A DNA stretch of 64,000 bases from Nitrospirota bacterium. GTDB taxonomy: Bacteria; Nitrospirota; UBA9217. Every line of letters begins with the position of its first letter. The stretch's first letter is position 1. The DNA is taken from positions 672,001 through 736,000 of the forward strand of contig OY760142.1 in the NCBI GenBank assembly GCA_963663225.1, given 5' to 3'. Made by a program: the position numbers and the translations under genes. Below the pieces are notes generated by a model. The model did no database searches and was not told the origin of the DNA. It saw only the letters and a list, made by a program, of their open reading frames with translations. Positions 30,244 through 40,464 of the stretch are shown one piece after another.

Positions 30244-31590
30244 TTACGGGGTGCTCTTGTTCTCTTTTTCTTTTCTGTACGATTCTGCCAGCAGGGAAAT
30301 ATAATGAGTTACCTTCTGGTTTTTCCCGTAGCGGTGTGAAAAGTCAAGTAATTGCATGGCGCACCCGGGGCAGCCCGTTGTGATGGTATCTGCTCCGGTG
30401 CTGTTGATGTCCTGTATTTTCTTTTTACCGATTTCCGCTCCGGTTTCGTAGTGGGTCAAGATGTACGTTCCGCCCATTCCGCAGCATGCGTCGGGTTTTG
30501 ACATCTCTTTGAGGGTGACACCGGGAATGCTTTTGATGATCTCGCGCGGTTCGTTGAAGACTTTCATGGTTTTTTTCAGATGGCAGGAGTCGTGGTAGGT
30601 CACCACGGCATCTATCATCCCCTTGGGTTTGCGGTATTTGACCACGTTGATGAGAAACACCGATATTTCGTAAACGCGTTTGCTCCAGTATTCCGCCTTG
30701 GGACCATAAACAGGGTCCCCGCTCAAAAGTTCCTTGTAGTCATGCTGCCAGCACCCCCCGCAGGAACCGCAGCCGACGATCATGTAGTCAGCGCCTGTCT
30801 CTTCCATGGCGTCGATGTTATTTCTGGCGAGAACGCGCGCTGATTCAACATCGCCATGGGCGAATACGGCAACGCCGCAGCAGTTTTGCTTTTTGGGAAT
30901 GTGCGTTTCTACATTGTTTTCTTTCAGTATATCGACAATATCCACACCGTTTTCGGGATAAAAGTAGTTGATGGAACAGCCCGTGAAAAACGCCGCCTTG
31001 ATTTTCGGGTTTGCCGTCTTAACAACTTCTGACATGCGCTCACGGAACGGAAGGGATGTCAATTCGGGCATTACTTTGTCTGAATCGAGACCCAGGCTCC
31101 CACCGACCATCGCAAAAGGCGCTCGCGGTGACACCAGTTTCTGGTCTTTCATATTATAATCGCGGAACGCTATTCCCGATAAGGCTGCTCCGACCTTCAT
31201 TCCGGCATCGAACAATTTGGGGTTCTTGAGCATGCTGAAAATCATCTTCTTGACCCAGAACACTCCTTTTTTTCTTACCAGAGCCGCTCTCATCGCCAGC
31301 ATGATCTTGTCGAAATTGACCTTTGTCGGACAGTTTTGCATGCACGACTTGCACACGAGGCAATTGAAAAGCATCTTGTAGACTTTCGGATCGTCCACCG
31401 AAAGCTCACCGGAAAGTACCGCCTCGGAAACCGCCACTTTTCCGCGTGCGACCCCCGCCTCCACCTTGTCCGTTCCATAAATGGGGCAGACCGCCATGCA
31501 ATTGCCGCACTTCATGCATCTGTCTACTTCCTTTTTTATAAGTTCCATTTCATCATACACGGTTTTATCCGGTTCCACAGTCTGCACCAT
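30244..31590 (-). CDS. GlcF-like Fe-S/CCG subunit of a lactate/glycolate dehydrogenase
   Basis: CMKCGNCMAVCP, CLVCKSCMQNCP, two CCG domains, YHDSCHL. Confidence 0.9.
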   Translation of the reverse strand: MVQTVEPDKTVYDEMELIKKEVDRCMKCGNCMAVCPIYGTDKVEAGVARGKVAVSEAVLSGELSVDDPKVYKMLFNCLVCKSCMQNCPTKVNFDKIMLAMRAALVRKKGVFWVKKMIFSMLKNPKLFDAGMKVGAALSGIAFRDYNMKDQKLVSPRAPFAMVGGSLGLDSDKVMPELTSLPFRERMSEVVKTANPKIKAAFFTGCSINYFYPENGVDIVDILKENNVETHIPKKQNCCGVAVFAHGDVESARVLARNNIDAMEETGADYMIVGCGSCGGCWQHDYKELLSGDPVYGPKAEYWSKRVYEISVFLINVVKYRKPKGMIDAVVTYHDSCHLKKTMKVFNEPREIIKSIPGVTLKEMSKPDACCGMGGTYILTHYETGAEIGKKKIQDINSTGADTITTGCPGCAMQLLDFSHRYGKNQKVTHYISLLAESYRKEKENKSTP

Positions 31591-32987
31591 CAGCGCACCT
31601 CTTTAACGGGAACCATCTTCCCGGGGTTGATAATGTAATTGGGATCAAGGGCTTCCTTGACGCTTTTCAGGAGGTTGAGGCCGTTCTGGCCGATTTCATC
31701 GCCGAGATACTTCATCTTTGCGATTCCGATGCCGTGCTCGCCGGAAAGGGTGCCGCCAAAACTGAGTGCTGAAGCGAATATCTCATCAACTGCCTTGTGG
31801 ACGCGCGCCATTTCTTCTTTGTTGTTTTTGTCCGCAAGAATGGTCGGATGCAGGTTGCCGTCTCCGGCGTGGCCGAAGGTTCCGATGGTGACATTGTATT
31901 TTTTCCCGATGTTGGCACAGGCGGTGAGCATGTCCGTGATCCTGGACCGGGGGACCGTCGCATCTTCTATGATCACGCAATTTCCCAATTGCGCGAGGGC
32001 GGGCAAGGCCGCACGGCGGGCAGACCACAGTTTGTCCCGTTCATCATCCGAGGTCGCCACTTTGAGGTCTCCATTGTTGGTCCTGACGACTTTTTGCACC
32101 GCCTCTGCTTCCAGCTGCACGACGGCTTCTGCCATCCCATCCACCTCGATCAGCAGCAAGGCAGCGATATCGGTGGACAAACCTACTTTTGCATAGTCTT
32201 CCACGGTCCGGATTGTTTTATTGTCCATAATTTCGAGGGTCGCAGGAATGACCTGAGCCGCGATAATTCCCGCCACGGTATTCCCCGCATCTTCCACCGT
32301 TTTAAAGGTTGCCAGCATGGATCTGCGATATTTTGGACCGGGGATCAGTTTCGAGGTAATTTCAGTGATGAAGCCGAGAGTACCTTCGGAGCCGACAAAC
32401 AAATTGGAAAAATCATACGCGGTGACATTTTTTACCGTCTTGCCGCCAAAGCGGACCTTATTGCCGTTTGCAAGGACCACTTCCATTCCCATGACATAAT
32501 GCTTTGTAACCCCGTATTTCAGTCCCCGAAGACCTCCGGAATTCTGGGCCACGGAGCCGCCCATGGTCGCCGTGGTGACCGTACCGGGATCGGGCGGATA
32601 CATCAAACCGTATTTCGCGACCGCATTATTGAGGTCCTGAATGATCACGCCGGGCTGGACCGTTGCGGTAAGGTTTTCCGCATCGACTTCGAGTATTTTA
32701 TTCATGTGCTGAAAAGAAACAACCACTCCCTGCTTGAGAGGGACGCACGCACCGCAAAGATTCGTTCCTGCTCCTCTTGGATACAGAGCAACATTATTTT
32801 CACGCGCCAGATTTACGATTTTTTGCACTTCTTCGGTACTCGACGGCATCACCACCACATCAGGCATCTGGCGGGGCATATCCGCGGTGGCGTCATAGCT
32901 GTACGTCAACAAGTCGATTTTTTGCGTCAACATGTTCTCTTTACCAACAATGTCTCTCAGTTTTTCCACAATAGCCTTGTCAAGCAT
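31590..32987 (-). CDS. GlcD-like FAD-binding oxidoreductase (lactate/glycolate dehydrogenase)
   Basis: PRGAGT, YPPDP, GLKYGVT, GSEGTLG, GHAGDGNLH, SGEHGIG; start MLDKAI with SD GAGGAG. Confidence 0.92.
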   Translation of the reverse strand: MLDKAIVEKLRDIVGKENMLTQKIDLLTYSYDATADMPRQMPDVVVMPSSTEEVQKIVNLARENNVALYPRGAGTNLCGACVPLKQGVVVSFQHMNKILEVDAENLTATVQPGVIIQDLNNAVAKYGLMYPPDPGTVTTATMGGSVAQNSGGLRGLKYGVTKHYVMGMEVVLANGNKVRFGGKTVKNVTAYDFSNLFVGSEGTLGFITEITSKLIPGPKYRRSMLATFKTVEDAGNTVAGIIAAQVIPATLEIMDNKTIRTVEDYAKVGLSTDIAALLLIEVDGMAEAVVQLEAEAVQKVVRTNNGDLKVATSDDERDKLWSARRAALPALAQLGNCVIIEDATVPRSRITDMLTACANIGKKYNVTIGTFGHAGDGNLHPTILADKNNKEEMARVHKAVDEIFASALSFGGTLSGEHGIGIAKMKYLGDEIGQNGLNLLKSVKEALDPNYIINPGKMVPVKEVR

Positions 32988-33014
32988 AGTGCACTCTCCT
33001 CGTAAAATAAATTC

Positions 33015-33076
33015 TATCATACAGCTATCATACCAGTACTATTATCATACCAGTCTAGTGGTCAGACCACCAGACT
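33015..33076. promoter_or_regulatory. FadR/GntR-type operator array
   Basis: Palindrome GTGGTC-A-GACCAC (33058-33070) inside AGTCT...AGACT, plus three TATCATAC repeats; -35 TTGACA on the minus strand at 33110-33105. Confidence 0.8.
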
Positions 33077-33340
33077 AATAATATTTACTCCTTACGCTTT
33101 ATATTGTCAAGCTGTTTTTACGTAAATTTTGCTTACTGTTGCGATGAGAGTCTGAGAAAAAACCGTTATGCCAACAAAACGGTCAGAAGGTTTTTTGTAG
33201 GAAGCCGAAAGGATTTTCTTATTGCACAGAACGACTATAACGAACCGTTTGTACGTTCTGCTCCTGCTCCATCAGCTGAAACTGAGGGATGTATGATTTT
33301 TGCTTTTTCTTATAAAACAGCGCAAGCACAGTATAAATGG

Positions 33341-34054
33341 TTAACCCATTCTTTTCGTCATCTCGCGTTCCGCATACGTCAGGTGCTCAAGCATGCTTTT
33401 TGCCGCTTTGTCTGCATTATGGTTTTTAATTGCCTCATAAATGCGGATATGCTGGTCGATGATTTTTTGAGGGTTGTGCGCGTCAGTGTACAGCTGTCTT
33501 CGCGCTGCGGAAACAGACCGTGAAAAGTCCTCAGTGATGGTTCTGAAAAGCCTGATCAGCAAAGCATTATGTGTCGCCTCTGCTACGGCATAATGAAAAG
33601 CCGTGTCGAACTCCTCTCCTTTTTCAGAATCCTGGACGTTCAATCGCTCTTTCATTTTTTCAAGGGCTATCTTGATCTGATGGATCTCTTCGTCGGTGGC
33701 AAGGGTGGCGGCCATTCTTGCTGAAGCCGTTTCGAAAATTCTGCGGATCTCAAGCATTTCAAGAAGTGAGCTTTTTTCGACGGCGAGAAACATCGCCAGA
33801 GGCTGAATGATTTCGTCGGTGTTGGTGTCCCGGACAAAGGTCCCGTCACCCGGCCGAATTTCCACAAACCCCATCATTTCAAGGGCTCTGATCGCTTCCC
33901 GGACCGAAGCCCTGCTCACCTGCAGTTTCTCGGCAAGTTCGCGTTCAGGCAGAAGCTTATCACCAGGTTTCAAGGCGCCGCCGGTCATCAACTGCCGGAT
34001 CTGCTCCACGACCTCTTCATATATTTTCTTGGCCTTGATCGGTTTAAAGTCCAT
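33341..34054 (-). CDS. FadR/GntR-family regulator (LutR/LldR-like)
   Basis: LKPGDKLLPERELAE, VSRASVREA, GDGTFV, FCD domain DTAFH...ATHN; adjacent to the GlcDF-like genes. Confidence 0.92.
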   Translation of the reverse strand: MDFKPIKAKKIYEEVVEQIRQLMTGGALKPGDKLLPERELAEKLQVSRASVREAIRALEMMGFVEIRPGDGTFVRDTNTDEIIQPLAMFLAVEKSSLLEMLEIRRIFETASARMAATLATDEEIHQIKIALEKMKERLNVQDSEKGEEFDTAFHYAVAEATHNALLIRLFRTITEDFSRSVSAARRQLYTDAHNPQKIIDQHIRIYEAIKNHNADKAAKSMLEHLTYAEREMTKRMG

Positions 34055-34130
34055 ATGCAACACCCTGTCCTGAAAGATTATTACAAAAAAAAATAATAAG
34101 CAAGCTTAAAAAAACGAAATGGAAGCGGCA

Positions 34131-35507
34131 TCATCCCACGACATTATACTCGCGAACGCGCAGTTTGACGCCGAGGCGCTCGGCAATCGCGCGACAGGCC
34201 GCAATATCCACTTCGGGAAGCGCCACTACGGTGACGGAAACATCCGGTACATACTCTTTTGCTTTGGCGATAAAATCCAGAACCGCGGCATATGTTCCCA
34301 TGCCAAAATGGGGCTGGGTTACCTTGTTATAAAGTTCTTCATTCTGGGCGTTCAGGCTGACGCTTACCGCATCGACAAGACCGGCAAGTTCCGGCAGAAT
34401 ATTGCGTTTATGGATCAGGTTCGCATGCCCGTTTGTGTCAATACGAACCCTGCCTCCCCTTCGCTTGACTTCCGCAGCCACGGTCTTGACAACATCAAGC
34501 CGCAAAAGCGGCTCGCCGTACCCGCAGAATACGATTTCCGCATACTTCGCGGGGTCGTTTATCTGCTTGATAATTTCCTCGGGTGTCGGTTCCTGGATCA
34601 AGCGGAGATTGTGCCCTTTTACGAAGTCGGTGGAATATCGCACGCAGAAAGTGCAGGCAGCCGTGCAGCGGTTCGTAATATTAAGATATAAAGAGTTCCG
34701 GATGGGATAGGTTATCAATCCCTGCCGGGAAATTACGCCAATGCCGAACAGCTGCATGGCATTATAACTCGTGATTCTCGCAACATCGTCCCGGGAAAGC
34801 CCCTTGATCAGCGCTATGGCCTCGGCTGTATGGGACACATATGCAGGCTCATTTCGTTTTCCGCGCTTCGGCTGCGGAGCAAGATATGGCGCGTCCGTTT
34901 CTATCAGCATATGCTCTATGGGTATCTGCCGCACCACTTCACGCAGCACGTCTGCTTTCGGGTATGTCACGGGTCCGGCAATGGAAATATGGAACCCCAT
35001 CTCAATTACTTTGCGTGCCATTGCCGGGTCGCCTGAAAAGCAGTGTATGACCCCGCCCAGGCCGGGGGACCATTCCTCGGAAAGAATTTGGAGCACGTCT
35101 TCATGAGCATCCCGATCGTGAATAATGACCGGAAGATTGAATGCGCGGGCCTCACGCAGCATGATGCGAAGCTGCTTTTTCTGATCCTCACGGGGCGAGT
35201 GTTCATAATAGTAATCAAGCCCAACTTCTCCATAAGCGACCACTTTCGGGTGCTGCGCAAGAACGCGCAACGTCTCGGAGGATTGCGGCGGAGCATCTTT
35301 AATATCGTGCGGATGGACGCCAACCGCAGCATAGACGCAATCATATTGTTCTGCAAGCGACACTGCTGCGCGGCTGGACTCCACTGTCGTTCCGATAGCA
35401 ACAATATACTCGACACCCGTTTCCCGTGCCCGTGCAATCACGGAGTCGCGATCGGCGTCAAATTCGTGCGCATCAAGATGCGCGTGGGTATCTATAAGCA
35501 TTGCCAT
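34131..35507 (-). CDS. TatD-family nuclease fused to a radical SAM domain
   Basis: IDTHAHL, GVHP, GEVGLDY, HDRDA, HCFSG, ETDAPY; C-terminal LYLNITNRCTAACTFC (CxxxCxxC), FCGYGEP, TNG. Confidence 0.93.
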   Translation of the reverse strand: MAMLIDTHAHLDAHEFDADRDSVIARARETGVEYIVAIGTTVESSRAAVSLAEQYDCVYAAVGVHPHDIKDAPPQSSETLRVLAQHPKVVAYGEVGLDYYYEHSPREDQKKQLRIMLREARAFNLPVIIHDRDAHEDVLQILSEEWSPGLGGVIHCFSGDPAMARKVIEMGFHISIAGPVTYPKADVLREVVRQIPIEHMLIETDAPYLAPQPKRGKRNEPAYVSHTAEAIALIKGLSRDDVARITSYNAMQLFGIGVISRQGLITYPIRNSLYLNITNRCTAACTFCVRYSTDFVKGHNLRLIQEPTPEEIIKQINDPAKYAEIVFCGYGEPLLRLDVVKTVAAEVKRRGGRVRIDTNGHANLIHKRNILPELAGLVDAVSVSLNAQNEELYNKVTQPHFGMGTYAAVLDFIAKAKEYVPDVSVTVVALPEVDIAACRAIAERLGVKLRVREYNVVG

Positions 35508-35729
35508 AATCTACCTTCTCAAAAAAAGAGCGAGAGCAGCCATGGATTGAAAAAAGAGGAAGTAGGATTTAAACCGAATAAAGCTGCTGATATAGTGTAT
35601 GGTGAACTGGGCAAAGGTTCTGGAATTATTCAATCATTGGTTCGGAATATTCTTGAAAAAATTCTCGTTTCCTATCCATCAGAACCAAACCGCGACCTGC
35701 TTCTCGATTGTCCATAAAATGCAAAACCG

Positions 35730-37694
35730 CTATTTTACCTTGCTTCCCGGTTTTATTTCCCGGTCCAGCGTGATCACCGACAACATCTCGCTCGTGCTGG
35801 CGGCAAGGAGCATTCCCTGGGATTCCACACCCATAAGTTTTGCAGGCTTCAGGTTGGCCACCACTATAATGGATTTACCGGTAAGTTCTTCCGGCTGATA
35901 CGCTTTACCGATGCCGGCAACCACCTGCCGCTTTTCAGCGCCGATATCCACGATAAGCTTCACCAGTTTGTCGGATTTTTCCACGCGTTCAGCCGACAGG
36001 ATCTTTCCTACGCGGAGGTCTACCTTGATGAAATCCTCTATCCCGATCAGCGCCGATTCCTCAAGAGCGGGCTTTTCCTCTGTTTTCTTCTGTTCTTCCT
36101 GATTTTCCATCTTCTTCTCCGTATTCTTCTGCCGGTCTATCCTCGGAAACAGTTGCGCACCCTGCTGCACCTCTCTGCCGGATGCCAATTTCCCCCAGCG
36201 TTGTTCTGCACTCATGGTGCACATTTCAATCCGTACACTCAAGCCAAGAGCGTCCCATATCTTCTGGGACGTCAGCGGCATTACGGGAAACAAATATAAT
36301 CCAATCAGCCTCAGAGACTCCGCGAGATTGTAAAGCACGGTCCCGAGCCGCTCAAAATCCTTCTTCTTTGCCAGTGACCAGGGAGCGTTCACCTCCACAT
36401 AACGGTTTGCGGCCGTCACCAAAGCCCAGCAATTCTGAAGGTATTTTGTGAATGCGAGTTTGCCGAGATCTTCGTCTATCTTTTCCGGCAGGGTGGAGGC
36501 AAGCCCAGGCAATTCCACATCCGAAGGATGCTGTGCGCCCACCGGAGGTATCCTGCCGTCAAAATATTTAGCAATCATGGTAAGCACCCGTGAAAGCAGA
36601 TTCCCGAGATCGTTCGCGAGCTCTGTATTGAATCGGGTGATAAACGTCTCCGTGGAAAAATCGCCATCCAACCCAAAGGGGACTTCGCGCAGCAGAAAAT
36701 AGCGGAAGGCATCAGGACCATACGAATCGGCAATTTCGCCTGGATTGATTACATTGCCGAGCGACTTTGACATTTTTTTTCCGTCCTTGGTCCACCACCC
36801 GTGGGCAAATATGGTTCCGGGAAGCGGCAAGCCGAGCGCCATAAGCATCGTGGACCAATAGACACTGTGCGTCGTCAGAATGTCTTTCCCCACGAGGTGG
36901 TAATCCGCAGGCCACCAATATCGCTCACGAGCCGACTGGTCGGAGGATCCCTCCGCAGGAGGACTCAGATAACGCGTCGCTGAAAAATAGTTTACCAGCG
37001 CATCAAACCATACATAGGTAACAAAATCCCGATCGAAAGGCAACTCAATACCCCAGGACAATCGTGCCTTGGGGCGGGAAATGCATAAATCGCCGAGTTG
37101 CTGCGTCCTCAGGAATCCGAGCACTTCGTTTCGTCTGCTCTCCGGGTGAATGAAATTTTTATTTTCCTCGATATGCCTGATAAGTTGCTGCTGATACTTG
37201 CCCATGAGGAAAAAGTAGTTGACTTCGGAAATCCTCTCTACCGGCCTGCCGCAGTCCGGACATTTCCCTTCTACGATTTCTTTTTCGGTCCAGAAGCGCT
37301 CGTCGGGGGTACAATACCATCCTTCATATTTTCTTCTTTCAATCTCACCCTTGTCGTATAACTTCTGAAGAAGCTCCTGCACCACGGCAATGTGTGCATT
37401 ATCCGTGGTCCGGATAAATGCATCGTTGGTAATATCAAGCTTTTTCCATAGCTGCCTGAAATTTTCAACCATGCTGTCCGCATGAGACTTGGGTGTAAGA
37501 CCCCGTTCCTGGGCTGCTTTTTCAACTTTCTGGCCATGTTCGTCCGTTCCGGTCAGAAAGAAAACCTTATCGCCAAGCAGCCGATGATAGCGTGCAAGAG
37601 TGTCGGCGGCAATTGTCGTATATGCGTGTCCGATATGGGGAACGTCGTTTACATAGTAAATAGGGGTCGTAATATAGAAATTTCTACTCGCCAT
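35730..37694 (-). CDS. metG: Methionine--tRNA ligase with C-terminal tRNA-binding domain
   Basis: YITTPIYY, HIGH, GTDEHG, KMSKS, DLRVG...SQGMLL; probable start MASRNF. Confidence 0.97.
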   Translation of the reverse strand: MASRNFYITTPIYYVNDVPHIGHAYTTIAADTLARYHRLLGDKVFFLTGTDEHGQKVEKAAQERGLTPKSHADSMVENFRQLWKKLDITNDAFIRTTDNAHIAVVQELLQKLYDKGEIERRKYEGWYCTPDERFWTEKEIVEGKCPDCGRPVERISEVNYFFLMGKYQQQLIRHIEENKNFIHPESRRNEVLGFLRTQQLGDLCISRPKARLSWGIELPFDRDFVTYVWFDALVNYFSATRYLSPPAEGSSDQSARERYWWPADYHLVGKDILTTHSVYWSTMLMALGLPLPGTIFAHGWWTKDGKKMSKSLGNVINPGEIADSYGPDAFRYFLLREVPFGLDGDFSTETFITRFNTELANDLGNLLSRVLTMIAKYFDGRIPPVGAQHPSDVELPGLASTLPEKIDEDLGKLAFTKYLQNCWALVTAANRYVEVNAPWSLAKKKDFERLGTVLYNLAESLRLIGLYLFPVMPLTSQKIWDALGLSVRIEMCTMSAEQRWGKLASGREVQQGAQLFPRIDRQKNTEKKMENQEEQKKTEEKPALEESALIGIEDFIKVDLRVGKILSAERVEKSDKLVKLIVDIGAEKRQVVAGIGKAYQPEELTGKSIIVVANLKPAKLMGVESQGMLLAASTSEMLSVITLDREIKPGSKVK

Positions 37695-37776
37695 GTTATT
37701 TTGTATTCTGCAGTAAATTTGTCCTCTATAAAATATCTGATCAGGAGCAATTTGGTTCACCGTGAATCAGATCGTA

Positions 37777-38955
37777 TTATGTTTTTTCAGGCTCCGGTGG
37801 TTTGCTGTCGCCTTGTTGTTGGTTCTTCTTTTTCTTGCGCCAGAATCTGCGTCTTTTTTTCTTGTTTGATTTCTCTCCATTTTGCTGAGGCTGCGGGGGG
37901 CCCTGCGCCTGCAAAGATGGCTCTTTTTCAATTGTCTGATGCTGCATATCCTTGAGCTGCTCCGGCGAAGGCTGCGGCTTCCTCTCTTGCGGGAAAGCTT
38001 TTCGTGTCTCGGTTTTGCCGACGATTTTTTGACCGGCCTCCTTTGGTTTTTCCTGCCGTCGGTCTCGCTGCCGTTTCTTTTCTTCCGCCAGCCGCCGTTC
38101 TTCTGCAGCGCTGCGCTCTTCCTCAATGCGGTTTGCCTCTTCTTTTTTGTCTTTTGCTACCGCTTCCCGCATATCGGCGAGGTCTTTTTTAATCTCGTCA
38201 TACATCTCATACTCATACGACAGGCAGCAGAGGAGCCTCCCGCAGACGCCCGATATTTTCGCCGGATTCAGCACCATCTCCTGTTTTTTTGCCATCCGGA
38301 TTGAAACCGGTTCAAAATTTTTAAGAAAGGACGCGCAGCAGAGTTCCCTGCCGCAAGAACCGAATCCGCCAATCAGCCGCGCCACATCGCGCACGCCAAT
38401 CTGGCGCATCTCAATCCTGCTCTTGAGTTTATGCGCAAGTTCCTTGACCAATTCCCGAAAATCAACCCTCGTTTCGGAAAAGAAATAGAAAACCGCCCGG
38501 CTTGCATCAAAAGAATATTCCACGCGAATCAGTTTCATGGTCAGTTCGCGTTCGGCAATCATCTCCTGTGCTATCGCAAACGCCTCTTCTTCGTGCGTCC
38601 TGTTTGCTTCCTCGTGGGCGACATCATCGGCGGTTGCTTTGCGAAGAATTCTGCGCAAGGTTTTCAGCGTTTGTCCTTTTTCGGGCCGGGTGTCTGCGGA
38701 GGCCTTTATTTCCTCCACATCAGTCTCCACTTCCAATCCTTCGGGACCGGTGGTAGGCAATGTTGCAACGGCCGCGGCTTCGATTTTTTTGACACGAACC
38801 ACCTGGCCAAAACCAAGTCCTCGGTCTGAGTCTACAATTACCTTGTCTCCGACGGCAACATTGACTCCGGCGTCGTCGAAGTCATAGACTTTCCAATTTT
38901 CCCGGAAGCGAACACCTGCCACTTTTATAAAATTGTCTGTCTGCTGTTTTTCCAT
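37777..38955 (-). CDS. PSP1-domain protein (YaaT/RicT-like) with charged, disordered C-tail
   Basis: RVDFRELVK, RQIGVRD, CGRELCC, GVCGRLLCCLSYE; follows holB as is usual. Confidence 0.9.
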   Translation of the reverse strand: MEKQQTDNFIKVAGVRFRENWKVYDFDDAGVNVAVGDKVIVDSDRGLGFGQVVRVKKIEAAAVATLPTTGPEGLEVETDVEEIKASADTRPEKGQTLKTLRRILRKATADDVAHEEANRTHEEEAFAIAQEMIAERELTMKLIRVEYSFDASRAVFYFFSETRVDFRELVKELAHKLKSRIEMRQIGVRDVARLIGGFGSCGRELCCASFLKNFEPVSIRMAKKQEMVLNPAKISGVCGRLLCCLSYEYEMYDEIKKDLADMREAVAKDKKEEANRIEEERSAAEERRLAEEKKRQRDRRQEKPKEAGQKIVGKTETRKAFPQERKPQPSPEQLKDMQHQTIEKEPSLQAQGPPQPQQNGEKSNKKKRRRFWRKKKKNQQQGDSKPPEPEKT

Positions 38956-38992
38956 GTGTTCTTTCTCGTGCTGTTTTTCCAGCAAAATCGAT

Positions 38993-39988
38993 TTATTCTT
39001 TTCCCAGTTTTAGAAACAGGTTCTCAGCCACCAGTTGAGCGCTCACATGGCGTCCGAGCAAAACCCTGCTCGCAACAAACAGCTCCATAAAGGCCAGCAG
39101 TTTCTGAAGAGGAAACCGCGCTTCCCATTCCCTGCACCGTTCCCTGTCGAGTGCGTACACAAGGAGTGCCGGATCGCCGGTCAACCGGAAAACTATTGCA
39201 TCACGAAGCCGCTCAACCCCTAAATCAAGCAGCCGTTCCAGCCGTTCCCGGTCTTTTGAAACCGCGTCGGCATGCGCGAGCACATCCGAAAAATTTACCG
39301 AGGAGAGACCGGATAAAAACGCCGTGATTTCTTCCCGGTCCGACTTTTCCTGTTCTACATCCATCTCAAATCCACGACCGATGCTCCCCTGGGCAAGCGC
39401 CGACAGAAACCAGGCGTTTTCTTCTGTAAGTTCGCATTTTTTCATAAACACGTGCGCGAGCGTACGCCGGGGAAGTGAATGAAATTTTATTTCCTGGCAC
39501 CGGGACCGAATGGTCGCCAGCAAGCTCTGCGGCAACGACGTGACCAGAATAATCAGTGAGTCTCCCGGCGGCTCTTCAAGTGTTTTTAAAAAAGCATTCG
39601 ATGCAGCCTGGTTCAGGCTCTCGGCCCTGTCCACGATTAATATTTTTTTCGATCCCTCGAATGGTTTAAGCGCAAGGTAATCCTGCACCTGCCGAATCTG
39701 ATCAATCTTAATATCATCGCCGTCCGGTTCCAGAAAATGCACATCCGGATGGCTCCGCGAAGCAATCTTTCGGCATGACGGACAGACACCGCAACCGCCG
39801 TCCGGCGACGCCTCCCGGCAGTTGAGAGCGGCCGCAAGCGCAAAAGCGGTCATTTTTTTTCCGACACCCTTCTCGCCGGAAAATAAATAGGCGTGTGCCA
39901 ATGACCCGTTTGTGAGCGCCCGCCTCAGGATGCGGACGGGCTGTTCATGACCTTCTATTGCAGCAAATGAATTATCGGATGACTTCAT
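38993..39988 (-). CDS. holB: DNA polymerase III delta' subunit
   Basis: HAYLFSG.KGVGK, CGVCPSC, HPD, NAFLKTLEEPP, TIRSRC; downstream of tmk. Confidence 0.95.
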   Translation of the reverse strand: MKSSDNSFAAIEGHEQPVRILRRALTNGSLAHAYLFSGEKGVGKKMTAFALAAALNCREASPDGGCGVCPSCRKIASRSHPDVHFLEPDGDDIKIDQIRQVQDYLALKPFEGSKKILIVDRAESLNQAASNAFLKTLEEPPGDSLIILVTSLPQSLLATIRSRCQEIKFHSLPRRTLAHVFMKKCELTEENAWFLSALAQGSIGRGFEMDVEQEKSDREEITAFLSGLSSVNFSDVLAHADAVSKDRERLERLLDLGVERLRDAIVFRLTGDPALLVYALDRERCREWEARFPLQKLLAFMELFVASRVLLGRHVSAQLVAENLFLKLGKE

Positions 39989-40033
39989 GGTAAATAACAA
40001 AAAACAACAAAAGCAGCTTCCCCCGGCGGCCGG

Positions 40034-40438
40034 CTATTTAAACTCCGGCATGAGGCTCATCAGTCTCCAGCCCTGAATTCCCTGTTCGTCTTTATATGCC
40101 CACTCCTGCGTATCTCGCAGGGTTTTTACTTTGGTAGTAGAGAGAACATAGTAATCGACTTCAACTTCCACAATCGCCTTGCGCCTGATTTCATCATACG
40201 CCGTACTGACGATTCGGGAGTCCACAATTCTTACTTTTTTTGCTGTTTGTGCCCGTTGCCGGGCATCCTGTTTCAGAGAGTCGGTAACAAACGCGTTTGC
40301 GGTATCCAGGTCATTCCAGCGATAATAACTATTGTATTTTCTGAGGCTGTCATCGAATTTACCCCGGAGATCATAAACATAGTTACTACATGCGACAAGG
40401 GTGGTTAATGCGATAAGCGCATAAAACAGCTTTTTCAT
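40034..40438 (-). CDS. Hypothetical lipoprotein
   Basis: MKK + hydrophobic stretch + LVAC lipobox; SD GGAGGG. Confidence 0.8.
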   Translation of the reverse strand: MKKLFYALIALTTLVACSNYVYDLRGKFDDSLRKYNSYYRWNDLDTANAFVTDSLKQDARQRAQTAKKVRIVDSRIVSTAYDEIRRKAIVEVEVDYYVLSTTKVKTLRDTQEWAYKDEQGIQGWRLMSLMPEFK

Positions 40439-40464
40439 ATTTCCCTCCGAAAAGAGACGATGTG

